IMG/VR virus record: IMGVR_UViG_3300014204_000110
Length of the DNA: 64,000 nt
Origin: a virus
Taxonomy: Duplodnaviria > Caudoviricetes
Direction: 5' to 3' (one strand)
Shown: in pieces, positions 50,683 through 60,124 of the stretch
Layout of the letters: each line of letters begins with the position of its first letter
Position numbering within the stretch: position 1 is the stretch's first letter
The notes under the pieces: model-generated
The model's database searches: none
Seen by the model: only the letters and a program-made list of their open reading frames with translations
What the model was told of the DNA's origin: nothing
Position numbers and translations under genes: made by a program

Positions 50683-51411
50683 TTAAATTTTAGGGGGGAT
50701 GCTATCTATAAAATCCATTAATGAAATAAGTTTCATATCTGTATTAAGATCAGCTAATTTATATTCAATCTTCTTAGCTTTATTATAGTCTGGTAGAAAC
50801 TTAGTAAGACAATCTTTTCCAACAATGTCTTCTTTTTTCATTCCAGATATACGAGTTTTTACCGCTGCTGATATTTCAGACTTTGATTCTTGTTTAACTT
50901 CTTGCTTTATATCTATATTTTTTGCTTTATTTGATAATTTATCGTTGATGTATTTAGTAATTTGAACTCCATCCCATAGAATGTTACCACTATCATCAAC
51001 TGGATAATATTTGTTATTAGTGTGCTTTTTTGTTTTTAATTTTTGTATTTCTTTACTATAAAGAAAACGGCCAGCTCCCCACTGAATTCCAACTCTCTTA
51101 CTAGCGTCAGATACTAAACTCTTCTCGGCCTCAGTTTGAGCCTCTGTACCAGTATCCATTTTATAGACCCACTCTGATTTTCCATCTTCTCTTTCGATAT
51201 TAATACCCATTCTACAAAACATTTGATCTTTAACTACTATATATTCTGTAGACCAATTAGCTGGTCCAACAACATCATCTAGAAGGTCAAATAAATCTCT
51301 AGCATCAATATATGCAACACATAATGCATTGTGTTCATTAGATGTTTGAACCTTCCACATAAAATTTATTTCACGAGTTAGTTCTTTTAATTTAGATTCT
51401 TTTACTGACAT
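50683..51411 (-). CDS. Rad52/Rad22-like (Sak-type) single-strand annealing protein
   Basis: AYIDAR...LDDVVGPANW...EAEKS.VSDA.KR....WG.GRFLY. Confidence 0.85.
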   Translation of the reverse strand: MSVKESKLKELTREINFMWKVQTSNEHNALCVAYIDARDLFDLLDDVVGPANWSTEYIVVKDQMFCRMGINIEREDGKSEWVYKMDTGTEAQTEAEKSLVSDASKRVGIQWGAGRFLYSKEIQKLKTKKHTNNKYYPVDDSGNILWDGVQITKYINDKLSNKAKNIDIKQEVKQESKSEISAAVKTRISGMKKEDIVGKDCLTKFLPDYNKAKKIEYKLADLNTDMKLISLMDFIDSIPPKI

Positions 51412-52223
51412 AAATTAATTCCTTCATTTTTTGAAAATTCTTTTAATTTTTCAATTGTTTTAAAAGGTTTTATATCTTTATAAAAACTTTTTGTATTAAA
51501 TGCAGTTTGTACTGATTTAGTATTATAATTATTATCTCTACAGAAATTGGTTAATCCAAAAACTTCTTTAACTTTTCCACTATTATATAAAATATAATAT
51601 ATCTTTTTTAATTCATTAGCTCTTCTATTAAATTGATTATAATTTTTATAATTTTCTATTATTTTTAATTTTTCTTCTTTTGTTTTTAATTTCCATTTAT
51701 CTCTATAAAAAACTATATAATTTTGCGATGAATTAAATTTTTCTCTCGCTACTGAATTAAGATCTTTATAATTTAAATTTCTTTTTTCCGCCCAAGATTT
51801 TAAACCATTCACTCTAAATATTTTACCTTCTTTATTTATAAGTATATATTTTTTACCAAAAATTTTTCTAAGTTTTTCTAGTTGTTCTATACTTAAAATT
51901 CTACATTTACATAAACCACCAGCTTCTTTTAATCTTTGAGTATTAACTAATTTTTTATTATCTTTAATATATAATTTTATAAATTCTAATTCTTTTTGAT
52001 ATGCATCTTGTTCTAATTTTGTAGAATATAGAATCTTAATATTTGGTTTTTCATTTATATGTTTTCTAAACCAATTTGCTCTATGATTCTTTTCTTGTTT
52101 TTTAGTAGCAGAGTATATATGATCAAACATTCTATGAGTCATATTATATGTTTTTCCAATATAATAAGAATCTGATGTATCAAATGATAGTTCATATATA
52201 ATAAATGTTTTATCTTTTTTCAT
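51402..52223 (-). mobile_element. GIY-YIG-type homing endonuclease
   Basis: IIYEL...YYIGKT...R...H...E..FI...LVN; C-terminal repeated DNA-binding modules. Confidence 0.75.
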
Positions 52224-52229
52224 CCTATA

Positions 52230-52258
52230 AATATAGTTTAATTTTAAGATAAAGTCAA
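52230..52258 (-). promoter_or_regulatory. sigma70-type promoter TTGACT-N17-TATATT (leftward)
   Basis: Exact 17-nt spacer; the ATG lies 7 nt after the -10 box. Confidence 0.8.
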
Positions 52259-52266
52259 GTTATATA

Positions 52267-52295
52267 TTGACTTTAATTTGTTTTAAGAGTATATT
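52267..52295 (+). promoter_or_regulatory. sigma70-type promoter TTGACT-N17-TATATT (rightward)
   Basis: Exact 17-nt spacer; upstream of the AAAGGA RBS of 52320. Confidence 0.8.
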
Positions 52296-52319
52296 TATGT
52301 ATACTCGAAAGGAACTTTT

Positions 52320-53336
52320 ATGTCTATAAATTTACGTAGTGATGTTAATTTTATTACTGATGCTTTTAAGCAAGAAATGAATGAGATGCGTAGCTCTGAA
52401 CGTGGAGCTTATGCTAGAACTCAAAATATCGCATGGCCGTCCGAAGCGGGATGTTCGCTTGGTAAGATCAGTGTAGGTGAATGTACCAGAAAAATGTATT
52501 ATCGTATCTCTGGTGTAGCTCCTACAGAACCAATGAGTATTACTGGTAAAAATGTTTGTGATGCTGGTAATCTTTATGAAGACTATTTGATTAATAAGTT
52601 TAAAAAATATGGAATGTATAAAGATAGTCAGATTAAACTTGATTTTTTGATTCCAGATAGTAAACATAAAGTCCAGGTAAACGGTCGTATGGATTTATTA
52701 ATAGAACATAATAAACAACGATCTGTTATTGAAATAAAATCTGTAAGTGAATTTAAAGCTGCTAAAATTATGAACAGTGAGATACCACTTCCTTCATCAT
52801 CTAATCTTATGCAAGCAATGCTTTATAAATACTATACAACCTCTACAGAGGCTGGTAAAGCTCTTAATGTAGATAATGTATATCTTATGTATGTTAATCG
52901 TTCTATGGGATCTACGTTTTATTATAAAGTATGTATAGATGATAGCGGCTATGCAATACTTACATCTTATGATTTAGCTGGTCGTGAACTTGGAACTGTT
53001 AATCTTAAAGATGTTAAATCATTTGAAGATCTAGAACGTACTCCAGGTGTAAGTGAAAGTGATGAAGCTAGACTAGCTGAACTTAAAATTAATATCAAAG
53101 ATATTTTTGATAAGTTTGATAAAATATATGATTATGCTAGAAGTAATACTTTACCTAAATGTGATTACAATATGATTTATACTCAAGCGCAAGCTGAATA
53201 TGAACATAATATTGGACGACTATCTAAAATGAAACTTAATAAAGTTAAAAAAGGTGAAGTAGTAGGCGATACTAAATGTCAGTATTGTGATTTTAGAACT
53301 AAATGTATGCAAGATAATGGAATAAGTTTTAAATAA
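52320..53336 (+). CDS. Cas4-like / RecB-family PD-(D/E)XK exonuclease with Fe-S cysteines
   Basis: PSEA...CTRKMYY, GNLYED, GRMDLL, EIKS, QAMLY, CQYCDFRTKC. Confidence 0.85.
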   Translation: MSINLRSDVNFITDAFKQEMNEMRSSERGAYARTQNIAWPSEAGCSLGKISVGECTRKMYYRISGVAPTEPMSITGKNVCDAGNLYEDYLINKFKKYGMYKDSQIKLDFLIPDSKHKVQVNGRMDLLIEHNKQRSVIEIKSVSEFKAAKIMNSEIPLPSSSNLMQAMLYKYYTTSTEAGKALNVDNVYLMYVNRSMGSTFYYKVCIDDSGYAILTSYDLAGRELGTVNLKDVKSFEDLERTPGVSESDEARLAELKINIKDIFDKFDKIYDYARSNTLPKCDYNMIYTQAQAEYEHNIGRLSKMKLNKVKKGEVVGDTKCQYCDFRTKCMQDNGISFK

Positions 53337-53571
53337 CGTTATTATCTTCTAACCAAGAAGTTATATATGTATTAAGTGTTTCATCTGGAATAGATGTATT
53401 TCTAAATATATTTCTTATTTCTTCTAATTTTGGAAACTCTATTGGTTTAGGGTTTCTAAATTCTCTATGATATAGTTCGTTATTATGATTAGATACAACT
53501 ATGACGTGTTCGTTATCTGAATGATTTAATCCAACTGTTACACTATCGTTTTCATTTAGTTTTATAAGCAT
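53329..53571 (-). CDS. hypothetical protein
   Basis: 80 aa. Confidence 0.45.
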   Translation of the reverse strand: MLIKLNENDSVTVGLNHSDNEHVIVVSNHNNELYHREFRNPKPIEFPKLEEIRNIFRNTSIPDETLNTYITSWLEDNNVI

Positions 53572-53572
53572 A

Positions 53573-53800
53573 TTATTTTACCTTATTATATTCTTCTCGT
53601 ATATGAGTTATAAGTTCTTTTATTTCTTTTACCCAAATTAAAGCATCGTCATAAGCTTTTCCTTTATGAGTATTATAACCATCATCATTTATGAAATCTT
53701 TTTCTAAATCATCTTGAGTTATATATAATCTATCACATAAATCTTTAGTTAATCTCATAGCTAACATTGATGGTAATTTTGCAAGATCTATTGTTATCAT
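53573..53800 (-). CDS. hypothetical protein
   Basis: 75 aa. Confidence 0.45.
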   Translation of the reverse strand: MITIDLAKLPSMLAMRLTKDLCDRLYITQDDLEKDFINDDGYNTHKGKAYDDALIWVKEIKELITHIREEYNKVK

Positions 53801-53802
53801 AT

Positions 53803-54291
53803 TTATATTTCTAGAATAATTGGTTTTACTTCAGTTTCAAGATCGGATATTTTAATAAGAGATATTTGATCTTTTTTACGAGTATATATACAATATAAAG
53901 CTTCGTTAATATCAGTTACAATTTTACTGAAATCAGTCTTTCTAAGACAAAATCCTAAAAGTTCATGTCGGTTATATAATTTAAATTGATTAAAATATTT
54001 AAATGCAATATAATCAGACTTACCTTTTATCCATCCAGGTCCACCAAAAATATTTTTCCATTCAATCCAATACATATCTCTAAGTCGTTCTGAACGTCTA
54101 GATAATCTTTTATGATCTTTAACGTCGACTTTATAAGTTTTATTATTAAATTTTACTGTAAAATCAAAATGGGAACAAGTATTTTCATTCTCTGTAGAAT
54201 TACTTACCAGTTCCCAATTATGTTTTTTAAGTGTTTCTATAAATAAATTTTCAGCAGTTTGACCTTCTTGTACTGAACTAAGATAAATCAT
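53803..54291 (-). CDS. PD-(D/E)XK restriction-endonuclease-like protein
   Basis: G..AE..F, HFDF, VDVKD, WIEW....G.PGW..G. Confidence 0.7.
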   Translation of the reverse strand: MIYLSSVQEGQTAENLFIETLKKHNWELVSNSTENENTCSHFDFTVKFNNKTYKVDVKDHKRLSRRSERLRDMYWIEWKNIFGGPGWIKGKSDYIAFKYFNQFKLYNRHELLGFCLRKTDFSKIVTDINEALYCIYTRKKDQISLIKISDLETEVKPIILEI

Positions 54292-55105
54292 TAAGTTTTT
54301 CTATTTCTACGTCTGAAACGTTTAACATTATTTTAATTTCTTCTGGATTATGAGGAACTTCTGTTCCAATACCGTATCGAAGTTTAATAGCGTTTTTTAA
54401 TATATCTGAATAATTTTCAATACATGACATGAGATGTATTTCCATATTTTTAAATAATTCAGTTTCTTCATCTGTTGTTATTTGATCTATATATTCACAC
54501 ACAAATGCATCTTCTGTTGTAGCTGAACTAAGCTCTAGAAGCAGTAAAACGCTTTCAATGAGTTTTTCACTTAGTTTAAAATCTTTAGATATTTTTAATT
54601 CTTTTTGTATTTCATTAAGTGTTGGTTCTCTTCCAAGACTTACAAGTAAATAATTATGAATTTCACTTACTGATTTCATATTTCTAGCTATATCTCTTGG
54701 TGCTCTTATAAGTTTATTGTATTTAATAAAATCTATAAGTCTTTTTCGTACATGAAAATATGCATATGTTGTAAATGAAGTATTTTTACTGAGATCAAAT
54801 GTATCTATACTTTCAAGTAATCCAATAGTAGCTTCTTGAAAAAGTTCATTAACTGAAGTTGTATCATTGAGAAGACTTATGTATCTAGATACATATTTCA
54901 TTGCAAATCCACCATTAGATAACGCAATATTATTTCTTATATTATAATATTCTTCTGATTTATCTTTATCAGTAAGTATATATGGTTTAAGATCGTTTAA
55001 TTGATTTAACCAGATGTTATTTTGATTTTTATTAGATGATGGATATTTTTTTACGTATGTATTAACACTTTTTTTAAGACTACCATATTCTTGTGAATTT
55101 TTCAT
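54278..55105 (-). CDS. phage sigma-70-family RNA polymerase sigma factor
   Basis: ELFQEATIGLLESIDTFD...SFTTYAYFHVR; IRAP; LGREPT..EI; region 4 LRYGI. Confidence 0.9.
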   Translation of the reverse strand: MKNSQEYGSLKKSVNTYVKKYPSSNKNQNNIWLNQLNDLKPYILTDKDKSEEYYNIRNNIALSNGGFAMKYVSRYISLLNDTTSVNELFQEATIGLLESIDTFDLSKNTSFTTYAYFHVRKRLIDFIKYNKLIRAPRDIARNMKSVSEIHNYLLVSLGREPTLNEIQKELKISKDFKLSEKLIESVLLLLELSSATTEDAFVCEYIDQITTDEETELFKNMEIHLMSCIENYSDILKNAIKLRYGIGTEVPHNPEEIKIMLNVSDVEIEKLNDLS

Positions 55106-55557
55106 AGTTGATTTATACAGTTAGCTTCTATACCTTTGGATTTGAATCTGTCTACAAAACGTTGATCTGGATCAATTATAAAATCAGCTTTGGAATATAT
55201 AGATGAATCTTTCATCATATAATCTTTTATCCAATCATCTAATGTCCAAATTTTTCCTGGTTTAGTAGAAAGATAAAAACTAAGTTTCTCAATAGGAACT
55301 TTAGTTATTTCTGATATTTCTTTGTATGGTTTTTTTTGGAGGCGTAATGTATGTATATCTTGGTGAGTTTTAACTTCATCTGGATTATTATATTTAATGT
55401 TTAAACAATATAATCTCATTTTATATATATCTACGGTCTTAGACCATACATATATATAATTTTTTAAAGAAACTAAAGTTTCTAGTTCATCCTTTAATTT
55501 CTTTTTTTCGCTTTTTTCGATTATTGAAAAATCTACGAATACATTCATATTTACCAT
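55102..55557 (-). CDS. hypothetical protein (weakly HAD-like, with HTH insert)
   Basis: VFVDF, YVWS, DFIID. Confidence 0.4.
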   Translation of the reverse strand: MVNMNVFVDFSIIEKSEKKKLKDELETLVSLKNYIYVWSKTVDIYKMRLYCLNIKYNNPDEVKTHQDIHTLRLQKKPYKEISEITKVPIEKLSFYLSTKPGKIWTLDDWIKDYMMKDSSIYSKADFIIDPDQRFVDRFKSKGIEANCINQL

Positions 55558-55630
55558 TTCTTAACGTTCTCCCAACGAATAAACCATTTGTGAAACCTAA
55601 TAGTAATGCTTTTTGATATATTTGTAACAT

Positions 55631-55678
55631 AAAGCTCCTTTTAGTATATAATATACTATCAGGAGCTTATAAAGTCAA
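55631..55678 (-). promoter_or_regulatory. promoter TTGACT-N17-TATATT embedded in a long inverted repeat covering the -10 box and RBS
   Basis: -35 at 55673-78, -10 at 55650-55; AAGCTCCT..TAGTATAT-T-ATATACTA..AGGAGCTT. Confidence 0.8.
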
Positions 55679-55690
55679 TATAATAATGTA

Positions 55691-56020
55691 TTAACAATAA
55701 TAATCGTGATCTATCCATTCACAGGTTACTTGTTTATCTAGAAACTTAGAAATACTTTCTTCTACGTCTTTTTTAAATTGTCCCATAGTTTCATCATCTT
55801 TCATATATTGTGGATTTCTACCAAGAAATGTTTGCGCTGTATTTAATTCAAAATCTGTATGATAATGAGGACAATCTTCAATTTCATCAAGATCGTAAGT
55901 ACTATCTAAATTATATTTATCTTTACATATTTTTTTAAATTCATCATAATCTATTCGATATCCATATATCATGTAACTAGATGAACTACTATTTGATACA
56001 AAACCGTTTCTAATTTTCAT
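55691..56020 (-). CDS. GFVSNSSSSS-motif protein
   Basis: MKIRNGFVSNSSSSSYMI. Confidence 0.9.
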   Translation of the reverse strand: MKIRNGFVSNSSSSSYMIYGYRIDYDEFKKICKDKYNLDSTYDLDEIEDCPHYHTDFELNTAQTFLGRNPQYMKDDETMGQFKKDVEESISKFLDKQVTCEWIDHDYYC

Positions 56021-56371
56021 TTAACATTCTCCATCATCTATAATAAAACTATCTTTAGAAACCATTTCTTTAGTAAGTCTACAGCCATAAAGTCCAGCAT
56101 ATGGTTTATCATAGTCTTCACTTCCAGCACTAAACTTTTTTATTACATATCCTTGTTTTAGTAATTTAATAGCTTTTTTATAATCTTTACGATTGTTAAA
56201 TTCTTCATCATTTAACCAATCATAATATTCTCTAAATTCAGCTTCGGTTCTTATAAATGTTATATCTTTTTTTGGAATAGTCATTATAATATTTAGATCT
56301 TCATCTTCTTTTTGTACTATCATAAAGCTGCTAGATGAACTATTACTTACGAATCCTGCTCTTATTTTCAT
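56021..56371 (-). CDS. GFVSNSSSSS-motif protein
   Basis: MKIRAGFVSNSSSSSFMI. Confidence 0.9.
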   Translation of the reverse strand: MKIRAGFVSNSSSSSFMIVQKEDEDLNIIMTIPKKDITFIRTEAEFREYYDWLNDEEFNNRKDYKKAIKLLKQGYVIKKFSAGSEDYDKPYAGLYGCRLTKEMVSKDSFIIDDGEC

Positions 56372-56380
56372 ACTTACTCC

Positions 56381-56797
56381 TTAATAATTATCATTACTTA
56401 TATATTGTATATATGTTCTTAATTGTTTTGGATGTATATTATATTTAGCTAACTTTTCTTTAATTTGGTTATCATCTAGTTCATCAAGTTCTACCACTAC
56501 ACCATCTAGTCCATCATTTTCATTTGAAATATCTATTCCAATGATAATTTCTCCAGCTTCTTCACCATCAAAATAACTTCTAATTGTTTCAATTTCTAAA
56601 CCATCTTTAGATAATTTACTATATAATCGATCTTGAACAAAAGCATCTTTATCTGTAGGTTTGTTTAAATTATAACAATCTTCATCAGAAGTATCTATAT
56701 TAAATAATTTAATACATTCATCTGTATTAACTTTTGTTCCTCGTATAACAAAACTGGAACTACTAGAATTACTAACAAATCCATTTCTAATTTTCAT
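56381..56797 (-). CDS. GFVSNSSSSS-motif protein
   Basis: MKIRNGFVSNSSSSSFVI. Confidence 0.9.
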   Translation of the reverse strand: MKIRNGFVSNSSSSSFVIRGTKVNTDECIKLFNIDTSDEDCYNLNKPTDKDAFVQDRLYSKLSKDGLEIETIRSYFDGEEAGEIIIGIDISNENDGLDGVVVELDELDDNQIKEKLAKYNIHPKQLRTYIQYISNDNY

Positions 56798-57163
56798 TTA
56801 ATAACCTCCTTCACCTTCAATTACGGTAATATTACTATTTGATAAATCTTTAATACCTCGATCAAGTAAAAATTGTTCAATTGGATCTTCATAGTTATCA
56901 CTACTCATATTTAAAATTATAATATTACCATGAGTTTTTAAGTAATTATTAAGTTTAATAAATTCTTCTTTTTGGTTGTCATCATCATAATATCTATCTT
57001 TTATGAAATCCCAAAGTTCATCTTCAGATGTGATTGTTTGTTCTAGATATTTAGATAAATCTGCTTCTATTTCTACTTTAACTTTTAATTTATTTTGATC
57101 GATAGCTGCTATAATAAAACTAGATGATGAACTATTTGATACAAATCCTGTTCTTAATTTCAT
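56798..57163 (-). CDS. GFVSNSSSSS-motif protein
   Basis: MKLRTGFVSNSSSSSFII. Confidence 0.9.
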   Translation of the reverse strand: MKLRTGFVSNSSSSSFIIAAIDQNKLKVKVEIEADLSKYLEQTITSEDELWDFIKDRYYDDDNQKEEFIKLNNYLKTHGNIIILNMSSDNYEDPIEQFLLDRGIKDLSNSNITVIEGEGGY

Positions 57164-57465
57164 GAATAATGTTCTCCTGCATATACTTTTGCTTTATCTG
57201 TTAGATTAAATTCTTTTTGAAGTTCTTTTTCGTTTTCTAATATTGTTGATATATCTATACATCCATAATCATATTCTGATACATAAGTGTATTTACCTAT
57301 TCCAAATTTTTCATTGTTTGTATAATTACTTAAAACAACATAATCTGAATTTAAACAGTCGTTATTAATTTTTTCAACTAATTCTTCTGTTTCATCGCAT
57401 TCTATTCCAACAATAATAAAACTAGATGAGCTAGAGTTACTTACAAATCCGCTACGTATCTTCAT
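57160..57465 (-). CDS. GFVSNSSSSS-motif protein
   Basis: MKIRSGFVSNSSSSSFII. Confidence 0.9.
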   Translation of the reverse strand: MKIRSGFVSNSSSSSFIIVGIECDETEELVEKINNDCLNSDYVVLSNYTNNEKFGIGKYTYVSEYDYGCIDISTILENEKELQKEFNLTDKAKVYAGEHYS

Positions 57466-57897
57466 TTAACCGTTCCTTCCAGCTCCATAGGAGTATTGAA
57501 AACTTTGAACTCCAGTATTATGTCCTATTCCAAATATAGTTTGTCCTATAGGCTCAAAATCATCACAATCTATATCGTAATTGGTATCACCATCTGGATC
57601 TTCTTGAATATCTTCTCCATAATTAACTTTAATATATTTATCTTCAAATTTAGTTGGATCTATTTTTATTGAAACTTTATTACCATCAAAAGCTTCATTA
57701 TAAAAACTTTTATCTTTTTCTCGATAACATCTATCCCAACCTGATTTTTCTATAATTTCTTTTACTGTAAGAATTTCATAATCTATATGATTACTTTTAC
57801 AATATTCGGTAAATTTAGTTTCATCTATAAGTTTTCCAATTCCTATAATATAACTAGAACTACTGCTATTACTTACAAAGCCTTGTCTGATTTTCAT
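57466..57897 (-). CDS. GFVSNSSSSS-motif protein
   Basis: MKIRQGFVSNSSSSSYII. Confidence 0.9.
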   Translation of the reverse strand: MKIRQGFVSNSSSSSYIIGIGKLIDETKFTEYCKSNHIDYEILTVKEIIEKSGWDRCYREKDKSFYNEAFDGNKVSIKIDPTKFEDKYIKVNYGEDIQEDPDGDTNYDIDCDDFEPIGQTIFGIGHNTGVQSFQYSYGAGRNG

Positions 57898-58361
57898 ATA
57901 TAATATCCTTTACTAATTATTTCATTTTTAGGTATTTCTTCGTAACACTTTTTATTTTTAAAACTTTCATGTATCCATTTACCTTGCATAAGATATAAAT
58001 GACCTAAATTAACACAAACTGTTACATAATCTTGATCTTTATTATATATAAGAGTATATTGTCCATAATGACAATCTGCTTGGAATGAGATATTATTATT
58101 TAATAAAAATTCTAATGGTTCGTCTTCATTACAAGTTACATAATATCCATAATTATAATTTTTATCTTTATTAGCTATTATAGCATCTGAATTATTTTCT
58201 ACTTGATCTGGATAATATGCATAAGTTTCATAGAATCCATAATCTTTTATCTTTTTAACGTCTTCATCTGATAAGATAGTATCATCAAACGTCATTTTAT
58301 GTTTAACTATAAAACTACTTGAAGATGAGTTACTTACAAAACCGTATCGTATTTTACTCAT
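57894..58361 (-). CDS. GFVSNSSSSS-motif protein
   Basis: MSKIRYGFVSNSSSSSFIV; start corrected to 58361. Confidence 0.9.
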   Translation of the reverse strand: MSKIRYGFVSNSSSSSFIVKHKMTFDDTILSDEDVKKIKDYGFYETYAYYPDQVENNSDAIIANKDKNYNYGYYVTCNEDEPLEFLLNNNISFQADCHYGQYTLIYNKDQDYVTVCVNLGHLYLMQGKWIHESFKNKKCYEEIPKNEIISKGYYI

Positions 58362-58821
58362 TATCATTACCACCTTGTATATATGATTTTTCATTAAATA
58401 TAAAATTATTTAAAGTTTCTTTATCTTTGAATATAGATAAATCTCCAATACTTTGATGATCAATATAACCATCGATTATTTTTGTTCCATCATCATCTGA
58501 ATGTAATATTATACATTTACACTTAGTTTTTTCTTTTATAAGATCTGATAACATTTTTACAAGATCGTGTCTTTTAGCATATAAAGCTTGCATGTATGAC
58601 CACATTATTTTATCTGTCCAAGCATGATATGTAGTGTTTTCCCATCCAAATTCATTATGTCCAAAATTAGAGTCAATAGTTATAGTTCTTCCAGAACAAT
58701 CTGGATAATAAAAATTGGTTTGTATATCATTTCGCAAATTAATAGTTTTATTATATTCTTTAGCTATAACTACAAAGTTGCTAGATGAGCTGTTACTCAC
58801 AAATCCATTACGTACTTTCAT
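58354..58821 (-). CDS. GFVSNSSSSS-motif protein
   Basis: MKVRNGFVSNSSSSNFVV. Confidence 0.9.
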   Translation of the reverse strand: MKVRNGFVSNSSSSNFVVIAKEYNKTINLRNDIQTNFYYPDCSGRTITIDSNFGHNEFGWENTTYHAWTDKIMWSYMQALYAKRHDLVKMLSDLIKEKTKCKCIILHSDDDGTKIIDGYIDHQSIGDLSIFKDKETLNNFIFNEKSYIQGGNDNE

Positions 58822-58824
58822 GTT

Positions 58825-59238
58825 TTACTCCACTATAAATAATTCGAAAGAACTAAGTGCTTCTCCAACTTTAAATCTTTTACCAATACACCAAATATGT
58901 AAAAGTTTACTTTTTTTAAGACAATCTATGTTCCAACTATATACTGGTCTACTTGTTGGTATACTTCCAGACCATTGGCCATATCCACCAATTCCATTAA
59001 GATGTAATACATCACTACATCCACTAAGACGTTTAATTGGTAAATTATCTTTTACTGCAATAAAATCCATTGTTGTATAACCACTATCATGAACGCGATT
59101 AGTTGGAATTATAATTAAACTATCAAAAATTCCTATATCTTCATTCCATTCACGTCTAGATATTTCTAGAAGTTCTTTTTTACTCATCAAGTTTATACTT
59201 TTTACTTCTACTTTTGGTTCGCTTCGTAAATTGATCAT
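58825..59238 (-). CDS. hypothetical protein (MINLR N-terminus) inside the array
   Basis: AAGGA RBS; HDSGY..MD...GCSDVLHL.GIGG.G. Confidence 0.65.
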   Translation of the reverse strand: MINLRSEPKVEVKSINLMSKKELLEISRREWNEDIGIFDSLIIIPTNRVHDSGYTTMDFIAVKDNLPIKRLSGCSDVLHLNGIGGYGQWSGSIPTSRPVYSWNIDCLKKSKLLHIWCIGKRFKVGEALSSFELFIVE

Positions 59239-59839
59239 ATTTATCCTTAGAATCTTGATAACGTCGTATATTTAAGCCAGTATATGCTTCAGGAGGTTTA
59301 TTATTTATTTCAGTAAAAGTTTTACCAGTATAACATTGTGGACAACATATTGTATTTTTGTTAAATATATATTTTGGATATTCAAAATGTTTATTACATA
59401 ATTCCTGATTAGAATTATATGGTATGTTATAAACAATTATATCATTATTAAAATTCCAGAAACCAATATTTTCATTAAGATCTAAGTCATCAGTATATAT
59501 AAAATTATATTTATTAAGTTCGGATTTAGTGGTCCAATCTTCATTATTGCAAGTATCTATAAATATATTATTATTTTCTACCCAAATATAAGTATCATAA
59601 TTACAACTTGGAAATGTTATAGGAATTGAATTGGTTATAAAATCTTTATTTGATTTAACTAAGTTATTAAATTTCTTAAGTTGATCTTTTTTATATTGTA
59701 TATATTGGCGATCGTCTGATAATCTAGAAGTAATCATTCCAGTAAGCATATCTCTTGTCAGTTGTATTGTATCAGTGTAATCTTTTATTATAAAACTAGA
59801 AGAACTACTATTTGATACAAAACCAGATCTAATTTTCAT
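59180..59839 (-). CDS. GFVSNSSSSS-motif protein with C-terminal Cys cluster
   Basis: MKIRSGFVSNSSSSSFII; C.KH...CCPQC. Confidence 0.9.
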   Translation of the reverse strand: MKIRSGFVSNSSSSSFIIKDYTDTIQLTRDMLTGMITSRLSDDRQYIQYKKDQLKKFNNLVKSNKDFITNSIPITFPSCNYDTYIWVENNNIFIDTCNNEDWTTKSELNKYNFIYTDDLDLNENIGFWNFNNDIIVYNIPYNSNQELCNKHFEYPKYIFNKNTICCPQCYTGKTFTEINNKPPEAYTGLNIRRYQDSKDKYDQFTKRTKSRSKKYKLDE

Positions 59840-59842
59840 TAA

Positions 59843-60124
59843 TTATCTCCATTCAACTTTATCTTGATCAATTCCAATTAAAGATAAATATTTATACATA
59901 TCAAAATTATCCATAAACACATAACCTTCAACAAAATCATCTGTTACTGTAATATCCCATTGAAAATTAAGATCATCATCGTAACAACCACATTTATATC
60001 CAGCTTGTTTATCTATCTCAATATGATTCTGTATCTTTATAATTTGAGAGTTTGTTATATTAGAACGACCTATAATAAAGCTACTACTGCTACTATTACT
60101 AACGAAACCTATACGAGTCTTCAT
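59843..60124 (-). CDS. GFVSNSSSSS-motif protein
   Basis: MKTRIGFVSNSSSSSFII. Confidence 0.9.
   Translation of the reverse strand: MKTRIGFVSNSSSSSFIIGRSNITNSQIIKIQNHIEIDKQAGYKCGCYDDDLNFQWDITVTDDFVEGYVFMDNFDMYKYLSLIGIDQDKVEWR

Noticed and set aside
52320-53336. Cas4 as evidence of a CRISPR-Cas locus
   Set aside because: No cas1/cas2, effector genes or array in the window; solo Cas4-like nucleases are common in phages
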